Positions 1 through 12,860 of a stretch of DNA of 64,000 bases are shown here, one piece after another. The stretch spans positions 1 to 64,000 of the forward strand of contig QPGO01000267.1 in assembly GCA_008632985.1 (NCBI GenBank), written 5' to 3'. The notes beneath the pieces are model-generated. The model was not told where the DNA came from and did not search any database. It saw nothing but the letters and a program-made list of their open reading frames with translations. The first letter of the stretch is position 1; every line of letters begins with the position of its first letter. A program made the translations under genes and the position numbers. Source of the DNA: Psammoneis japonica. Lineage: Eukaryota.

Positions 1-1390
1 GCTCTCTGACACTGATGACAGCGCATGGTCAACTGTTGTTGAACAAGTGCATTTCTTGAACTTGTGAAAAGACTTGACGAGAAATTTGGTGAGTGTGGAC
101 TGACCTTTTCTCAGCACCCCAAAGATGTTGGAGGTGGTCAGCTGCACTGGACATCAGTGCAGCTTGTGGGCTTTTTAGATCACATGAAAAGCAAGTTGGT
201 GGAGGAGCTTCATGACCCTTTGTCTCACCTGAATGCCTTGATTGTGTTCAAGACTCTCTGATGGTTTGTGGACTTGATGCAGCGATTCAAATTGTGCATG
301 TTGGAGTTGTGGTGGTTGCCACTGGCATGCTCATTGTTGGAGTTCCATCTGGCACAATGGCCAAAACTCAAAAAATGAAAAAGAGGGGCACTTTTTTCCA
401 GCTGAGGAAGCAGAGACGACCATTCTGTGGGGACATTCATGTGTGGATCTGACATGGCCATGTGCAGCAAGTCACAGAAAAAGCAAGTTGCTTGGTGCTG
501 GCACTTGAGTGCAAGAGGACAATGGCTGGTCTTCCAACCAGATGGTTTGAGATGCCTGAATGTGGTGGCAACAAAAGAAACATGTTGCTGTTGCTGGCAG
601 TTTTGAGCATCAGTGGGCAGCACAACATCTGTGGCATGAGATGGTTTTTCTTGCAATGAGGGTTCCAAATTTGTGTGAGTCATGAATTTTAACAAATGGT
701 GCAGAGCAGTTGTCATGGCACCAAGACAAAAGCACCAAGTTCTCAGAATCCACAGGCAACTGTGGGGTCCAAGTGGTGCAAAAATTTTGTTGCATCTGCA
801 GCCACATGGCATGTGGGGAGAGCTGGGATCCTTGATTTGACATCTGAATTTCAACGGGAAACATGAACTGGTTTGGCATTTTCACATTGTGTGAGTGTGA
901 GAGGTTGGGCAGTGTGACACTCAAAGGTTTGACATGCAGAAGTTCTTGTGAAGGGAAAAATGGCCATTGACTTCATGACACTCTTTGCAAAAGCAGCACC
1001 AAAGAATGAGCTTGGATTCTCAGACATGGTTTGCTCAAAACTCAATTGAAAGTGAGATTCCACTCAGTTTGGGCAGTGACAGGGGCTCAACATGCAATGA
1101 AAAGCAGCTCACCCATGCTTGCTCTTGAAATGATTGGGGCCAAATTAATGATGCATCAGCTTGGCACCTGGACAGGGCTTCTGTTGTCTGCAAGAGGAAC
1201 AGAGACTGGCAGTCCAGTCATCCACCATGGTGTTGCCTCTCCTTTTTCTTCCAGCGGCATTGCAGTGCATGCCACATGTGCCATGTGCTGCATGCTGTGT
1301 GGCATGTGGCGTGTGTGCTGCATGGCACTCATGACATGCTGACAGTGGCTCACAACCCATCTGGCTCCAGACAAAATGAGCTGCCCCCCC

Positions 1391-1737
1391 TGTTGAATGG
1401 ACAAGTCAATGTCACCAAAAGGGAATCACACAAGGTCTCCTGCACTGCTTGTCACACTTGTCCTGGCTGCTCAGGCAGCTGTGGGTTTGGCTTGGCATCA
1501 ATGTCAACTCTGCAACCACCATGATGCAGGTGTCTCTTAAAGCCGATCAACAATCATGTAAAAACCAGATGATTCACTCCAAAGAGTGAGAGCGAAACAC
1601 ACATTCAATCAACATGGATGAGATTGTTGAGCACAAAGAAATGTTCTTCCAATCCACATCAGAGATCAAAGATCTCCACTTGATGCACACAGGTCACCTC
1701 ATGTGATGTCCAGGTCTCTCATCTCATTGTTCCAACA
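1391..1737 (-). repeat. Copia 3' LTR
   Basis: Aligns end to end with 6710-7060 (tgttgaa...tccaaca). Confidence 0.95.
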
Positions 1738-3129
1738 CACTCCTGCTGCTCACATTGATGGTCCATCCAATTGCTCCCTGGCTTCGTAACAGCACTCAGG
1801 TTTGGCTCAGCTTTCAGGCACAATCTCACTTGGGCCTGCTCTGACCTCTGTGGGCATGTCACCAATTTCATCAAAGTCAAGCATTTCATCAAATGCATTT
1901 GTGATGTGACTCACTTGGTCCACAAACTTCTTCACACAGGTGTGGCAAATGCTCTCACACACTCTCTTGTCCAATGGCCCCAATTCAGCAATTGCCTTGG
2001 CAATCCACTCATCAACTCTCCACTGCTGCAGGCAACTCTTGCAACTCCAATGTTGTTCTGGCTTTGCTTTGATGATGTGGCAATGGAAGAATTGTGCTGT
2101 CTTCAAAGCATCATGCACAACTCCACTGTTGTCTGTCAACAATGCACATTCCAGCTGCAAGACATCATCACCAGGGCCACATGCCAACTCCATGAGAGGG
2201 CCACATGTTCCTCTTGAATGCATGCTGCAGGTGTGGGACAACTCTTGTTGTTGAGTGTTCACTTGGTTGTTCCACATCCTCTTTGTCAAGGGCCAGCCAC
2301 AATTTGTTCCCTCTTGATCCCACAATCACATCTTTGCTGCATGCATTGGAAATGCACTGACCATCATTCCTGTGACAACAATGATGTCCATGGATGATGG
2401 TGCTCTCCACAATGATTTCCCAGCACTGCTGGGTCTTGCATGCATTGTCTGCTTCCTTGCACTGGCATCCTGTTCATTGCCAAACTCCCTTCCTCCATCA
2501 TTGAGCAGATCATCAGTGTGGCGGCAGACAGCAGACACACACACAGGTGGACCTCTCTGGTCCACTCTTTCACCCTGTGAGATGGATTGGACATCACATC
2601 AAGTCTCTTGTTCAACAGCTTGTGTGCCATCTCACTTCAAATTCTTTTTCACATTTGGGTCACACACCACTGAAGAAATCCCAGACATGCTTTCCATTTT
2701 CCTCAAACTCCGGTGTCAGCAATCTTGTGTTGATTGCTTCATGCAAGACACATGAGGATCCATGGGTGTTGAAGCAACCACCCTTGATGCACATTTGTCA
2801 TGTTCCTCCAGCACCTTCTGGCAATTGCATCACAACACCTTGCACCTTTCTTCTTCTTGAAGATTCATCAACAACTTTTCATGCTTCTCCCAGTGTCCTC
2901 TTGGCCACTGTTGCATCAGCACATTGGTTGATGTCATTCCATCACCAACATTTGCTGGGGCATCAAAGATGCAAGGTGTTTGCATCAATGTCATGGTTCA
3001 TCCAAATGAAGTGTGGTGTGCACCACTGCACCAACCACTTGTTTCAGGGATCTTTCACCCACATGCATCAGAAATTCTCATCTGATGTTGTGAACAGCTT
3101 GCGCAGCAATCGTGCTTGCCTTCCATCCA

Positions 3130-6100
3130 ACAGCCCACAATGGCTCACTTGAACTTTCAGAACTTCTCACCCTGTGATGGCTCAGTCGTGAAGTCCACTG
3201 TCATTCTTTCATCTGTTGGGCAGCACTGTGCTCTCAGGCTGCCCTTCTCAAACTGATTTGCAACAAAAAACATCAGATGGCAAGTGCCCCAGACTGTTTT
3301 CCAGCACTCTTGCACCCATTGGTCTCAAGAGGGACATGGCACTCTTGCTGTCCTGACGTGGGACATTCTTGTCAATTGGGTGCCCTTGTTGGTGTTTCAC
3401 AAACAGTGTGGTCCACAGGACCACAGTCACAATGTTGTCAACTCTGATGAGTTCAGCTTCAGTGCTGCTTCAGGTGTTTGGTTTCTATCTCTTGGACATG
3501 GCCTGTGCATGGCTCCTTCACCCATCATCACAATGCCTCCAGTGTGGCTCTCATGTCTGGTGCACCATGATTGATGTGTCCACACACCACACTTGACAAT
3601 TGAAAGGTCTTTTGCACTCAGTGCAGCAATTTTGTTCCTTGTGCAGTTCAGGCACATGACACATCACACTGGCTTCCCCCAATCCTTGTTGGTTGGTTCC
3701 ATCACTCACATGCATGATGCTTCAATTGCAGGGTGCATGTCCATTTGACCTCTCTTGGACAGAAGTGGCCCTTTGGCCACCCACACATGGAAGAACTGTG
3801 CTTTGTCTGTCCACAACCTTGTGCCATCTGTGTCAAAGAGTTTCTCTTTTGATGGCATCATGCCAGCATCAGCAGTGCTCTTGACCCTCTCTGGAGCCTG
3901 TTTGATCATCTTGTGAACACACTTGATTGCATCAATCTTGACCTTGCTTTTCTTGCTGAAGTCCAGGGTCATCCCTGGACAGTCGTGTCTCTTTCCTCAC
4001 TTGGTCACAACAATTTCTCCATGCTGGCTTCTGCACATCTTGCCAAGCCAGCTCAGGAATGTGTTGTTGACCTTGCGGTTCTTGTGGCTTGACAACAAGT
4101 TGTCCATGTGGAATCTAATTGTGCCATCTGTCGTTGACTTTTCAATTGGCAATGCACGGATTGCATGGGTTGAACTTGAGCACAATTTTTTCCAGGTCTT
4201 TGCAAAATTGTTTGTGCCACAGCAGTGCTGCAATCAGCATGCCAGGTGTTGCTCAAACCACCTGGACGTGGCGGACTCTCTTCCTCTTTTCCGTGACCAC
4301 ATGTGGTCCATTTGGGTTGGGATTGTTGCTTGCTGGCATGTTGACCAACATTCCTGTGATCTTCATCATGATCCAGTCTTCTCCCTTCTCAGGCTCCAGC
4401 ACCTGGGTTTGGATGAAGGCATTCAGTGCATTGGTGCTCATCACATTGTGGTGTTCATTGGCATCAATGATGGCTGTCATCATTGCTCCTTTAAAAGTGA
4501 TGCCATTGGATTTGCTGATGTGCCCTTGTCTGGCCATTCTCTGGTCGGTTTTCCATTGCAGACCATTTGGCCTCTCACTGGGCCATCTTGTTTTTTGGTG
4601 AGGATCATTGAGGCTGCCAGAGCTCTCTTCCTCTCAGTTGGAGACATGTCCTTGATCAACATCAGTGCAAAGCACACCCTGTTGTGCAGTCATTTCACTT
4701 CTTTCTGTGATGCTTCATGTCCTTCTTGTTGGCCAAATGCCTTGAGGCCTTCATGCAGCAGGTGTTGTTTTGGGCAAGTGAGATGCCTTCTCCCCATTGG
4801 AGTCGGTCATCAGTCTCTCACATAAATTGCACTGTGACCATGCCTGACTCAATGTCATGTTCCATGTCCTGTTCTGGGTTGGGACTCACATTCACTCATG
4901 GATGGTGACAGCATTCAAGATTGCTTTGTCTGCACTTCTCCTCTTCTGTGTCTGCCACTCCTGTGTATTGCTCTTTTGTGTCTTGTTCTGATTCTTTGTG
5001 TCTTTGGTGATGTGTCACTGCACTGCATGCTGTTCTGCTTCTCACAGTTGAACATTCTTTGTGGGATTGGTTTCATTCAGAGCATCATCCTCATCCTCTT
5101 GACTGCTGTTGCCATCTTCTTGACTGCTGTCATCCTCACAATTGGCAACTGTGTTCTCATGCCGCTGATCTGAACTGAACCTTTTGTTGGCTGGTGCATC
5201 TTGGGCTTCATTGCACTCTTCATCTGAGTCTTCTTTGCACTCTTCTTTTTTGCTTTCTTCATCACTTTTTTGTTCTTTGTTGTTGCTTTTGCTTTTGCTG
5301 TCACTTTCTTTGCACTCCATTCCTTGAGTCCAATCAGTGTTGCTCAGGTTGTCTTTGCATTCCCCAAAAATTTGAGCACGTTAATCCCCTGGGCAATGGC
5401 CATTTTCTTGACAGCTCATGTGGCCACATTGGTCAGTGGGATCTTGATGCACTTGCAGGGGTTCAACAGTTTCCCATGTGTGAGTTCACAGTGCAATGTC
5501 TGCCCTTCAGAATGTCACATTGTGGTTGTGAGCATGTGGTGTCTGTGCCACAAGCTTCCACAGCATTTGTGACTTCTGTGGTTCTGTGTGGGACAGGACA
5601 AATTTTCCAAAGGAGCACCCAACATGCTTGTCACAACAGTCTAGATTTCATCTTTGCATGATTGCACACATGGACTGCACGTGTCCAAAATTCCCTCTTT
5701 CTGCAGGTGCACATTCAACATGACAGTGTTCTTGACAATGGCAGCCATGCTTGCACATCATCTTGGGCATTGTCTTTTTTGTGGCACATGGTGCGCTGTT
5801 GCTTGAGCTTGTTCTTTCACCATTTGGATGCTCTGCTCAACTTCCAGAATGTGGTCCTTGGCATTTGTGGATGTTGGCTCCAGGTTGTTCATGCCATTGG
5901 CAACTTCTGCCAACATGTCCTTGAACTCAACATTGCATTCAATGAAGTCAATCTTGAATGCAGCCATGCTGTGCTGTCACAGGATCATGTCCAGTGCATT
6001 GCACACACATCATCATGATTCTTGGACTTTAGTCTCACACTGGATCTGCACTTGATCATCTTGTCCATTGCATGCAGGAGCTCAACTCCGCATGCTTCCA

Positions 6101-6624
6101 TGACTCAGGATTGCCTTGCAGTCTTTGCTTCATCTGCTTGGCACAGCAATTGTCCAAGATCTTGGCAAACATGGCAGTTTTGTCATCCTTGAACTGTTCA
6201 ACCTCATCAAGGCAATCTCACATTTTCCTTTGAACAGCACATCATTCTCTCTGTCTTTGCACTCTTTCTCTCTCAGCTTTTCTTGGCAGTCTGTTGCATT
6301 GGTGTCTGGCATGACCACCATCAAAGCATTTGATGCAGCTTCTTGTGTGAAATCCTTGCACCCCACATCCTCAATGGATCTTGCTGAGTGCACTCCCTGC
6401 TCACACTCCTTGTGAATGCACTGAGTGATCTTCTTGTTTGCTTCTTCAAACATTGCATTGCAGGAGTTGCTGTTCAGTGACAAAGGATGAAACTTCACCT
6501 CAGCCTGAAAGTGATTTTTGTCATTGGGCCTCTTGTTGTTTGTAGACCTGTGCCTTCTGCCACCTCTTCCACCTTGACCTCCATGGTTTTGATGGGTTCC
6601 TCTGCCACCTCTTCTCCCACTCAT
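3130..6624 (-). pseudogene. Copia gag-pol relic (frameshifted, internally deleted)
   Basis: Gly/Arg-rich gag start at 6624. Integrase core HILEVEQSIQMVKEQ (5758-5967). RT motifs ERKRAL..KQDGPVRGQMVCNGKPTREW, NAFIQT and IRFHMDNLLSSH. RNase H motifs SHTGG and QDSKSA. No protease/GAG-pre-integrase region recognised between gag and IN. Confidence 0.9.
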
Positions 6625-6709
6625 GATGTGGGCATTCTCTCAATCCAATGAGGCAGCAGTCTCACAGCAAACAAACACCAACTCAGTGCTCCTGACTCTT
6701 TGGAGCAAA

Positions 6710-7060
6710 TGTTGAACTGACAAGTCAATGTCGCCAAAAGGGAACCCCACAAGGCATCCTGTGCTGCTTGTTGCACTTGTCCTGGCTGCTTTGACAACTG
6801 TGGTTTGCCTTGGCATCAATGTAAACTCTGCAACTGCCATGTTGCAAGCATCTCTTGACACCAATCAACAACCACACGCAAAAAGCAGATGATTTGCTCC
6901 AAAGAGTGAGAACAAAATGCACACATTCAATTGACATGGATGAGATTGTTGAACATGAAGAAATGCTCTTCTGATCCACATCAGAGATCAAAGATCTCTG
7001 CTTCAATGCATCCAGGTCACCTCACATGATGCCCGGGTCTCTCATCTTGTTGGTCCAACA
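6710..7060 (-). repeat. Copia 5' LTR
   Basis: Aligns end to end with 1391-1737. Confidence 0.95.
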
Positions 7061-9769
7061 CCCCCTCTCTCCAAAGCTTCTGGCCCAGTTGAAGTGGCTC
7101 ACTTTGCCAAAAACCTGTTTCTTGGTTGTCTCTGTCAATTTGCCTGCAAGCCAAACTGGCTCCCATCAATGGCAGATCAACAATGGCAGATCATGGGGTC
7201 AACTCCAGCAAGCATGACAACAAATGTGGGGGCCATGCTTTTCATCCACAGCACCAGACTTGCAACAGCACCAGATTCAGTGCAAAAGAAGCTTCTGGCG
7301 GTTTTGCAAATTGTCCTCCAAAGAGTGCTGTGACCAGATGATGGCATGCGACATTGTCAACTCATCTGTGCCTGGCATTGGATTTGACTGCTTGTTGAGC
7401 AAAGAAAAAATTGCCAGTTGGTGGCAAGAATCAGATTGAGGGGTCCAGGTGGTTGCTGCTTTTGATGTGTTTGCAGCTCATGGCAAGGCATTTTTGGCTG
7501 AGAGAACAAAAGTTAGCTTCTGGCATTTGCTGAGAAGATGTGCGCCCAGTTGTTTTCATCATCTGCGAAATTCCTTTGTGACATGCACACAACATTGCCC
7601 TGATGAAAGCTGGGCCTCCTCTTTCAACCAGACATGAAGTCATGCTGGACTTCAGATTTGTGCAAAAATGAGAGACTTGATGAGGAGAGAGGTGCACTTG
7701 GTTCAAGAACAATGGAAATGAGGGTGGCACAAGCTGGGAAATTCTTTGATGCAATCAAGAAGTGGGTGCGCACACTTGTTGCAGCTCAACAACAGAAAGA
7801 ATTGGATGTGCACACTTGCTTGTTGCAGATCAAAAACAGCCTGAGGGCAGAAGTGTGGAAGGCCAGAGGTGTGGCATCATCAATGAAGACCTTTTGGGCT
7901 TTGACAGCACAAAGGACACCACCCAGAGGTGACCAACTGCAGCTCATGTTCAAAGTTGAGCATGCGTCAAACAAAAGTGACTCAGCAAGTGTTGCCAGCA
8001 TGATGGCAAACCCTGCTGCTTCAACTTGAGGAACAAGCTCCAAGATGACAAGGACTGTGACAATCAGGGCAAGAGCAACTTCCAGCAACATCATTTTGGT
8101 TTGCTGTGGCTTTTGCCACATTGTTGCAACTTGGAACACCATGCACACAATGCCCTTCCACCACACAAGGCAAGACAGCTTGCTGTGTTTGGCTGCAAAT
8201 GTTGCAGGTTACAATGAGATGAACTGTGCTGTTGTTGCACTGGTTGCCATCCTGCTGGACAAAGGAAAAATGTGCCAGATTTGTGCAAAATCCTGTGTGA
8301 GTTTCTCATCTTTCAACTTGGTGATTTTTGCAGGAGGGTTGCACAAAAGGTTTTTTGGAGGGGGGGGGGGGGGGGGGGTGTCAGGCAATTTTCCAGGGAT
8401 GACAAAAATGACTGCATTTTCTTTCCTCTGTGCTTTCCAATTGCTGGCTTCTTTGACAGCACCAGCTCTCATTGCAAGGTGCTCTTTGCTGTCAGATTCA
8501 GCTCAACAAAGCCCAGTTTTCTGCCTCTGCAGCCTGCTGCCAGGCAACAGGAAGATTGCTCAGCTTGGCCAATTTGCTTGATGCTTGTTTCTTCCTCTGC
8601 AAGTCATTCAAGCAGCACCAAAGCTTTGTTGGATGCAACCAACAAACCAGAGTTGGGGGAAGTCCCATCTGTCAAGAGAACACAACCTCTTGGGTCACTC
8701 TGTAAAGTTGTTCCACCTTTTGAGCAGGATGCAGCCACCCAATCAAGGAAACATGATTGTTTGGAAAGGTGCTGCCAACGATGTTCTCTGACCAGAAAGC
8801 AAGTGTCTTGGGATGTGCGGGTGACCATTCTGAGAAAGTTGCACCCCAGCAGTCATCTGCGCTCTTGTGTTGTTTTCAAACTGTGCTTGGCAGTGCATCT
8901 GACACAGTGCAATTGGGGCCAAAGGTGCGAGATCTGCCTTCTGACTGGAGCATTTGTTGGAGTGCAAAAGTTGAGGCACAAAGGTGGCTGATGGAAACAC
9001 CCAATGAAGAGCACACCATCTTTCAAAAATTGGCCAACTCATTTGTTGTGCAACAATGAACATTTCAAAGACACTGGTGGACCTGCTGCTGGATGGTGGG
9101 AGGGCGACCAAGTCATTCTCTTGGAGTGGCATCATCAACTCTTGGAAGCTGTGGAAGCAAAATTGCCTGCCACACTTTGGCGCTGGCTCAGAGTGCTCCC
9201 TGAAAGTGCCACCCACCCTTCCAAGAGCATGTGGAGGGGGGTGGGATTGGCAGGAGGCATGTTCAGGACCTTGGGTGGAGATCTGACAATCACTGTGTCA
9301 CAAGCTGAGAGGGACAAGATGGAGGCTGTGGTCAGAGAGCTTGGCCTGTGCAAGAGCTGTTCATTGAATGGGCACAATCCCAGTCTTCAAGTTCAAGGGT
9401 CGTGAGAGGAAGAGCGAGGTTTTCTGGCAGAACATGAAATTCACACTGAACACCCGGCGATGTGGAGCAATTTGCTTCTCCTTTCCCATGACATCCAGCG
9501 GTGATTCGAATCGGTGTCATGGACTTGACGCATTTCACGGCGATCTTGTGCCGAAAAGCGTCATGATTCAGAATGAGCATTGCACACACGAAAGATTTTA
9601 CGTGATGATGTGAAACATGCTTTGTTGCCACAGAACGTTTTTTCCAATGCGCGATGAGAACAGCAGGAGCGAGTGAGAACCTGTCGTGATGGGAAGCTGT
9701 GAAAAGAGTTGCACAAAAACAAAAGAGCAACAAACGCACCTGAATTGTGCAAAAAAAAAAACCATGACA

Positions 9770-10626
9770 ATGTCATCCCCATGGGATGAAAGATGTCCAC
9801 CTGGTTGGTTCTGTTTCGGCCGTTTGCGGCTGCAAGGATTGAGAACAGAGCCACCTTGTGGAGCCGCATGTCTTGCCAGAGAAGCCTGCCTCTTAATTCT
9901 CATTTCTGACTTGGTGTGCATTGAGTTCCACACCATTTCCATCTCAGCCTTAAGCCCGTTCACATCTTCAAAGGCCGGAGGGATGAAAGCCCCAGTTTCG
10001 TGGTGGCGCTTTCATGAAGCCACAGAATGATTGTGCGACCCGACCATTCCTCCAGCAGTCGAGACCATCGCCTTGGAATGGGAGAAAGAAGATGTGTCCA
10101 GATGGTTGTCCCACCCAAATTGCTCAATGTGAAGTCGGGCCACCGCTTCCTCTCTTGTCTGACTTCTTCCAACAAAATTCTCCAGATTGGAAATGTTGGC
10201 AGCTCGTGGCCCTGAAATGATGTTGATGATGAGACCGCCGCTTTGAGGATCAGCGCAATGACACAATTGATCAATTGCATCAAAATCACTCAGATGAGGC
10301 ATCGAGATGTAAACTGTCGAATTGACCTCTGCCTTGTCAAGAAGATGCAGAAAGACAACAAAGGGGTGGCGATCGTGGGCATGTGACTCTCCTGCCAGTT
10401 CCTCCCCTTCTGGGTGTCGCAGACAAGTGGAAAGAAGGAAGACTTTGTCGGTGTGCAGCGGTTGCACGGGTTCGGCTTCTCCCAAGTTTGCCCAACTCTG
10501 GTCGACAAAATGCCCGTCGCTGACCCAAACAACTCTCTGCTGCTCCATGATTTCATGTTCATGGTTGCACCCGTCGTTAACTTCTTCGATCGGCCCAGCA
10601 GTCTCGCTCATGGTGCCATGCGCCAT
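9770..10626 (-). pseudogene. Hypothetical protein gene, TA-mutated
   Basis: ATG-initiated 204-aa ORF with protein-like composition, apparently continued by the 9598-9963 ORF. TA is lost but CG is retained. No family recognised. Confidence 0.45.
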
Positions 10627-11541
10627 TGGTCGTGTTTCGTGTTATCACCATCATCAGCTTGTTTCATTGACCACTCAGTGGTTGGTGATTGCAGACTTTT
10701 TCGTGTCGGTCCGGCAGTCGGGCAGTCGGGGGGTCGGGCAGTCGGGTTGTCCGTCTGAATTTGAAAGTGTGTCCCTTGGATTTTGGAACGGGTATGGGTT
10801 GTTTAGTAAAGATGAATTCTTCGGATTCGTAGAATGATCATTGAGGACATGAGAGGTCGTGGGGACATCCTAAAAAATCGATAAATTCCCTACGACGGGT
10901 ACGTGGCACGGTTTTTCAGGAGAGCTCGAAAGTTCTGAAAAATTGGGATTGCCGGCGTGGCATGTTCAAAAATGTATTCAGTTATATACAAAGATAATTT
11001 ATCGTGAATTCTACACGAAAAAGTCATATTGGGGAAAACATATCGAACAATAAGTGAGTTTGTGCGATGCGCTATTATGGCGATAAATTGGAAAAAAAGA
11101 GTGTCCGTGCACCTCGCTACAGCCCCAAAAATGGCATGAGACATCAAACACAACGGTCATCCGCGTCACCGGTGCGGTGGCCACGCCACTCAGCCCCGGC
11201 GGTGGGGCCCTACGTACGTACCGGTACAGGCAATACAGCATGCAAGTACACCCACACCCAGAAAGAAAGACAAGTGGTCAATGCTATGCTCCCCGCAGGC
11301 CTGGTCTTTTTCCTTTTTCACATGATGATGCGATGCGCGATGCGATCGAGCGATAGTCTAGATGTACTGTACCAGGTGATGTCTGTACGTCGCCTCTCGT
11401 CAACAATCCGAAAAGCACAACAGGCGAACTGTCATCACCAAACCCAGAACCGCAAAACAGCAAACTCAAAACAGCCACAGCACGCACAATCTCAAATCTG
11501 AAATCGTCGCCAACAGCAACAGAACAACAGAACTGAGAACC

Positions 11542-12170
11542 ATGGCGACGCCATGCCCGACTTCTGCATCCAGTATGACCTCAACCTTACCCAAATACGC
11601 GCAAACGGCCATGCCAATCAAAGAGTGTACGAATTCATCGGGACGTACCTCAGAAATGCAAACTGCCAACCCTATCAGCAATCCTGTTAGCGCATCGACA
11701 ACGCACCCGGAGGTCCAGGATTCCATGCCTCCATGTTACCGTACTATTCGCAAACGCAGTCGAAGCAAGATTCGGAGCTGGGGTCTTCCAACATCTCCAC
11801 TATGAACAACGGTACAACATCGTTACTATCCGCTGACGACTTTTTCGACCCTTCCTTCACCTTTGTGGAGACTGAAACACACGCCAAACTCTTGGACGCC
11901 ATTCATCGGGGGAATAAGTGGCAACAGGACTTGATTGATGTTCATGGGTTCACCGAGGCGGAATCCTGCGAGTGCTTTAGCCGTGCTGGAAAATACTTAA
12001 ATTCGGAAGAGTTTCCAGAGGACGCAGTAATCCCAAAGCTATTTCCGCATGCCAAGGAAGGATGGATTATTCTCAAAGATGTCGACCGTCTTGGAAAGGC
12101 GCACCCCAAGGAGCTCTCGGACCTAGGACGGCGTGCCTTTGCTAAAGGAAAGCCAATGGGGACTTTCTAA
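11542..12170 (+). CDS. Hypothetical protein (start uncertain: 11542 with a frameshift, or 11802)
   Basis: The ORF from MNNGTTSLL... has globular-protein composition. An upstream Ser/Thr/Pro-rich ORF overlaps it. Confidence 0.45.
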
Positions 12171-12446
12171 TAGATTCATCACGAGGGAGACGACATTGAA
12201 TGCTAGTGACTTTGTGCTTCGTGAGAGCACCAGCGGTACCTTGTGAATTAGTGTTCTCGCCTACCGTAACCACAGCAGTAGAGAAAGAGCAGACTTGATT
12301 CCATTGTATAATGCATGTGGCTGTACTGTCACTGCAAATGTCACTTGCAACCACATTGTTGTTGCAGTGAATACATATATTTGAATCGAATCAGAGTCAA
12401 AACTTTATGCGACACGTCATGATAACTGTCACTGTGAATACTCTCA

Positions 12447-12860
12447 TTGTCTTGGGCAGTGCAGACGTGGTCGTTTCTACCAGTTCTCTACGGAACGCCA
12501 TACTCAAATGCTACTGCTCGATTATTGGGAGTCAAGATGAAAGGCCGTGCTCTTTACTTGGGACCGCGAACGTACGACTGGCCTTACATTACACTTGGTG
12601 ACCGGACCATTGTCGACTACGGAACATGGATCTCTGGTCATGCAGCAGTGCAACAAGAAATGACAATTGGGCCTGTCATCCTGTCAGGTGTCATCCATGA
12701 GGGGAGCAGCATGTGTGTGGGTGCAACAATTGTAGCCAAGGAAACTGGCCCCGCCAAGCGCGTTGTCGATTTGTCTATGCCCTCAATTGAAAAGCAACAC
12801 GATTCGGAGATAACTTACCCTGAAGAAGATGATAATTGTGATCAAGACGTTCCTGTCTAG
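12447..12860 (+). pseudogene. Fragment resembling the C-terminal domain of Pls/PosA-type membrane NRPS
   Basis: Motif LYGTP.....RLLGVK..G...L.....D...ITLGDRTIV......SGH......TIGPV. No ATG start or upstream A/T domains seen. Confidence 0.55.

Larger units (their letters stand above)
1391..7060 (-). mobile_element. Degenerate Ty1/Copia (CoDi-like) LTR retrotransposon
   Basis: TG...CA direct repeats at 1391-1737 and 6710-7060. 5-bp TSD CCCCC at 1386-1390 and 7061-7065. PPT-like GCAGCAGGAGTG on the minus strand just before the 3' LTR. Domain order gag-IN-RT-RNaseH. Confidence 0.95.
1..10750. mobile_element. TA-depleted hypermutated domain (unclassified repeat/cargo DNA hosting a Copia insertion)
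   Basis: A manual scan finds only ~25 TA dinucleotides in 10.7 kb. ORF translations almost lack Tyr and are rich in Cys/His/Gln/Trp. Normal TA content resumes abruptly near 10790. The left end lies outside the window. Confidence 0.75.

Noticed and set aside
1..10750. Classical fungal RIP, or CpG decay alone, as the explanation
   Set aside because: RIP increases TA and CpG decay cannot convert Tyr codons to Cys/His. TA is also lost where CG remains.
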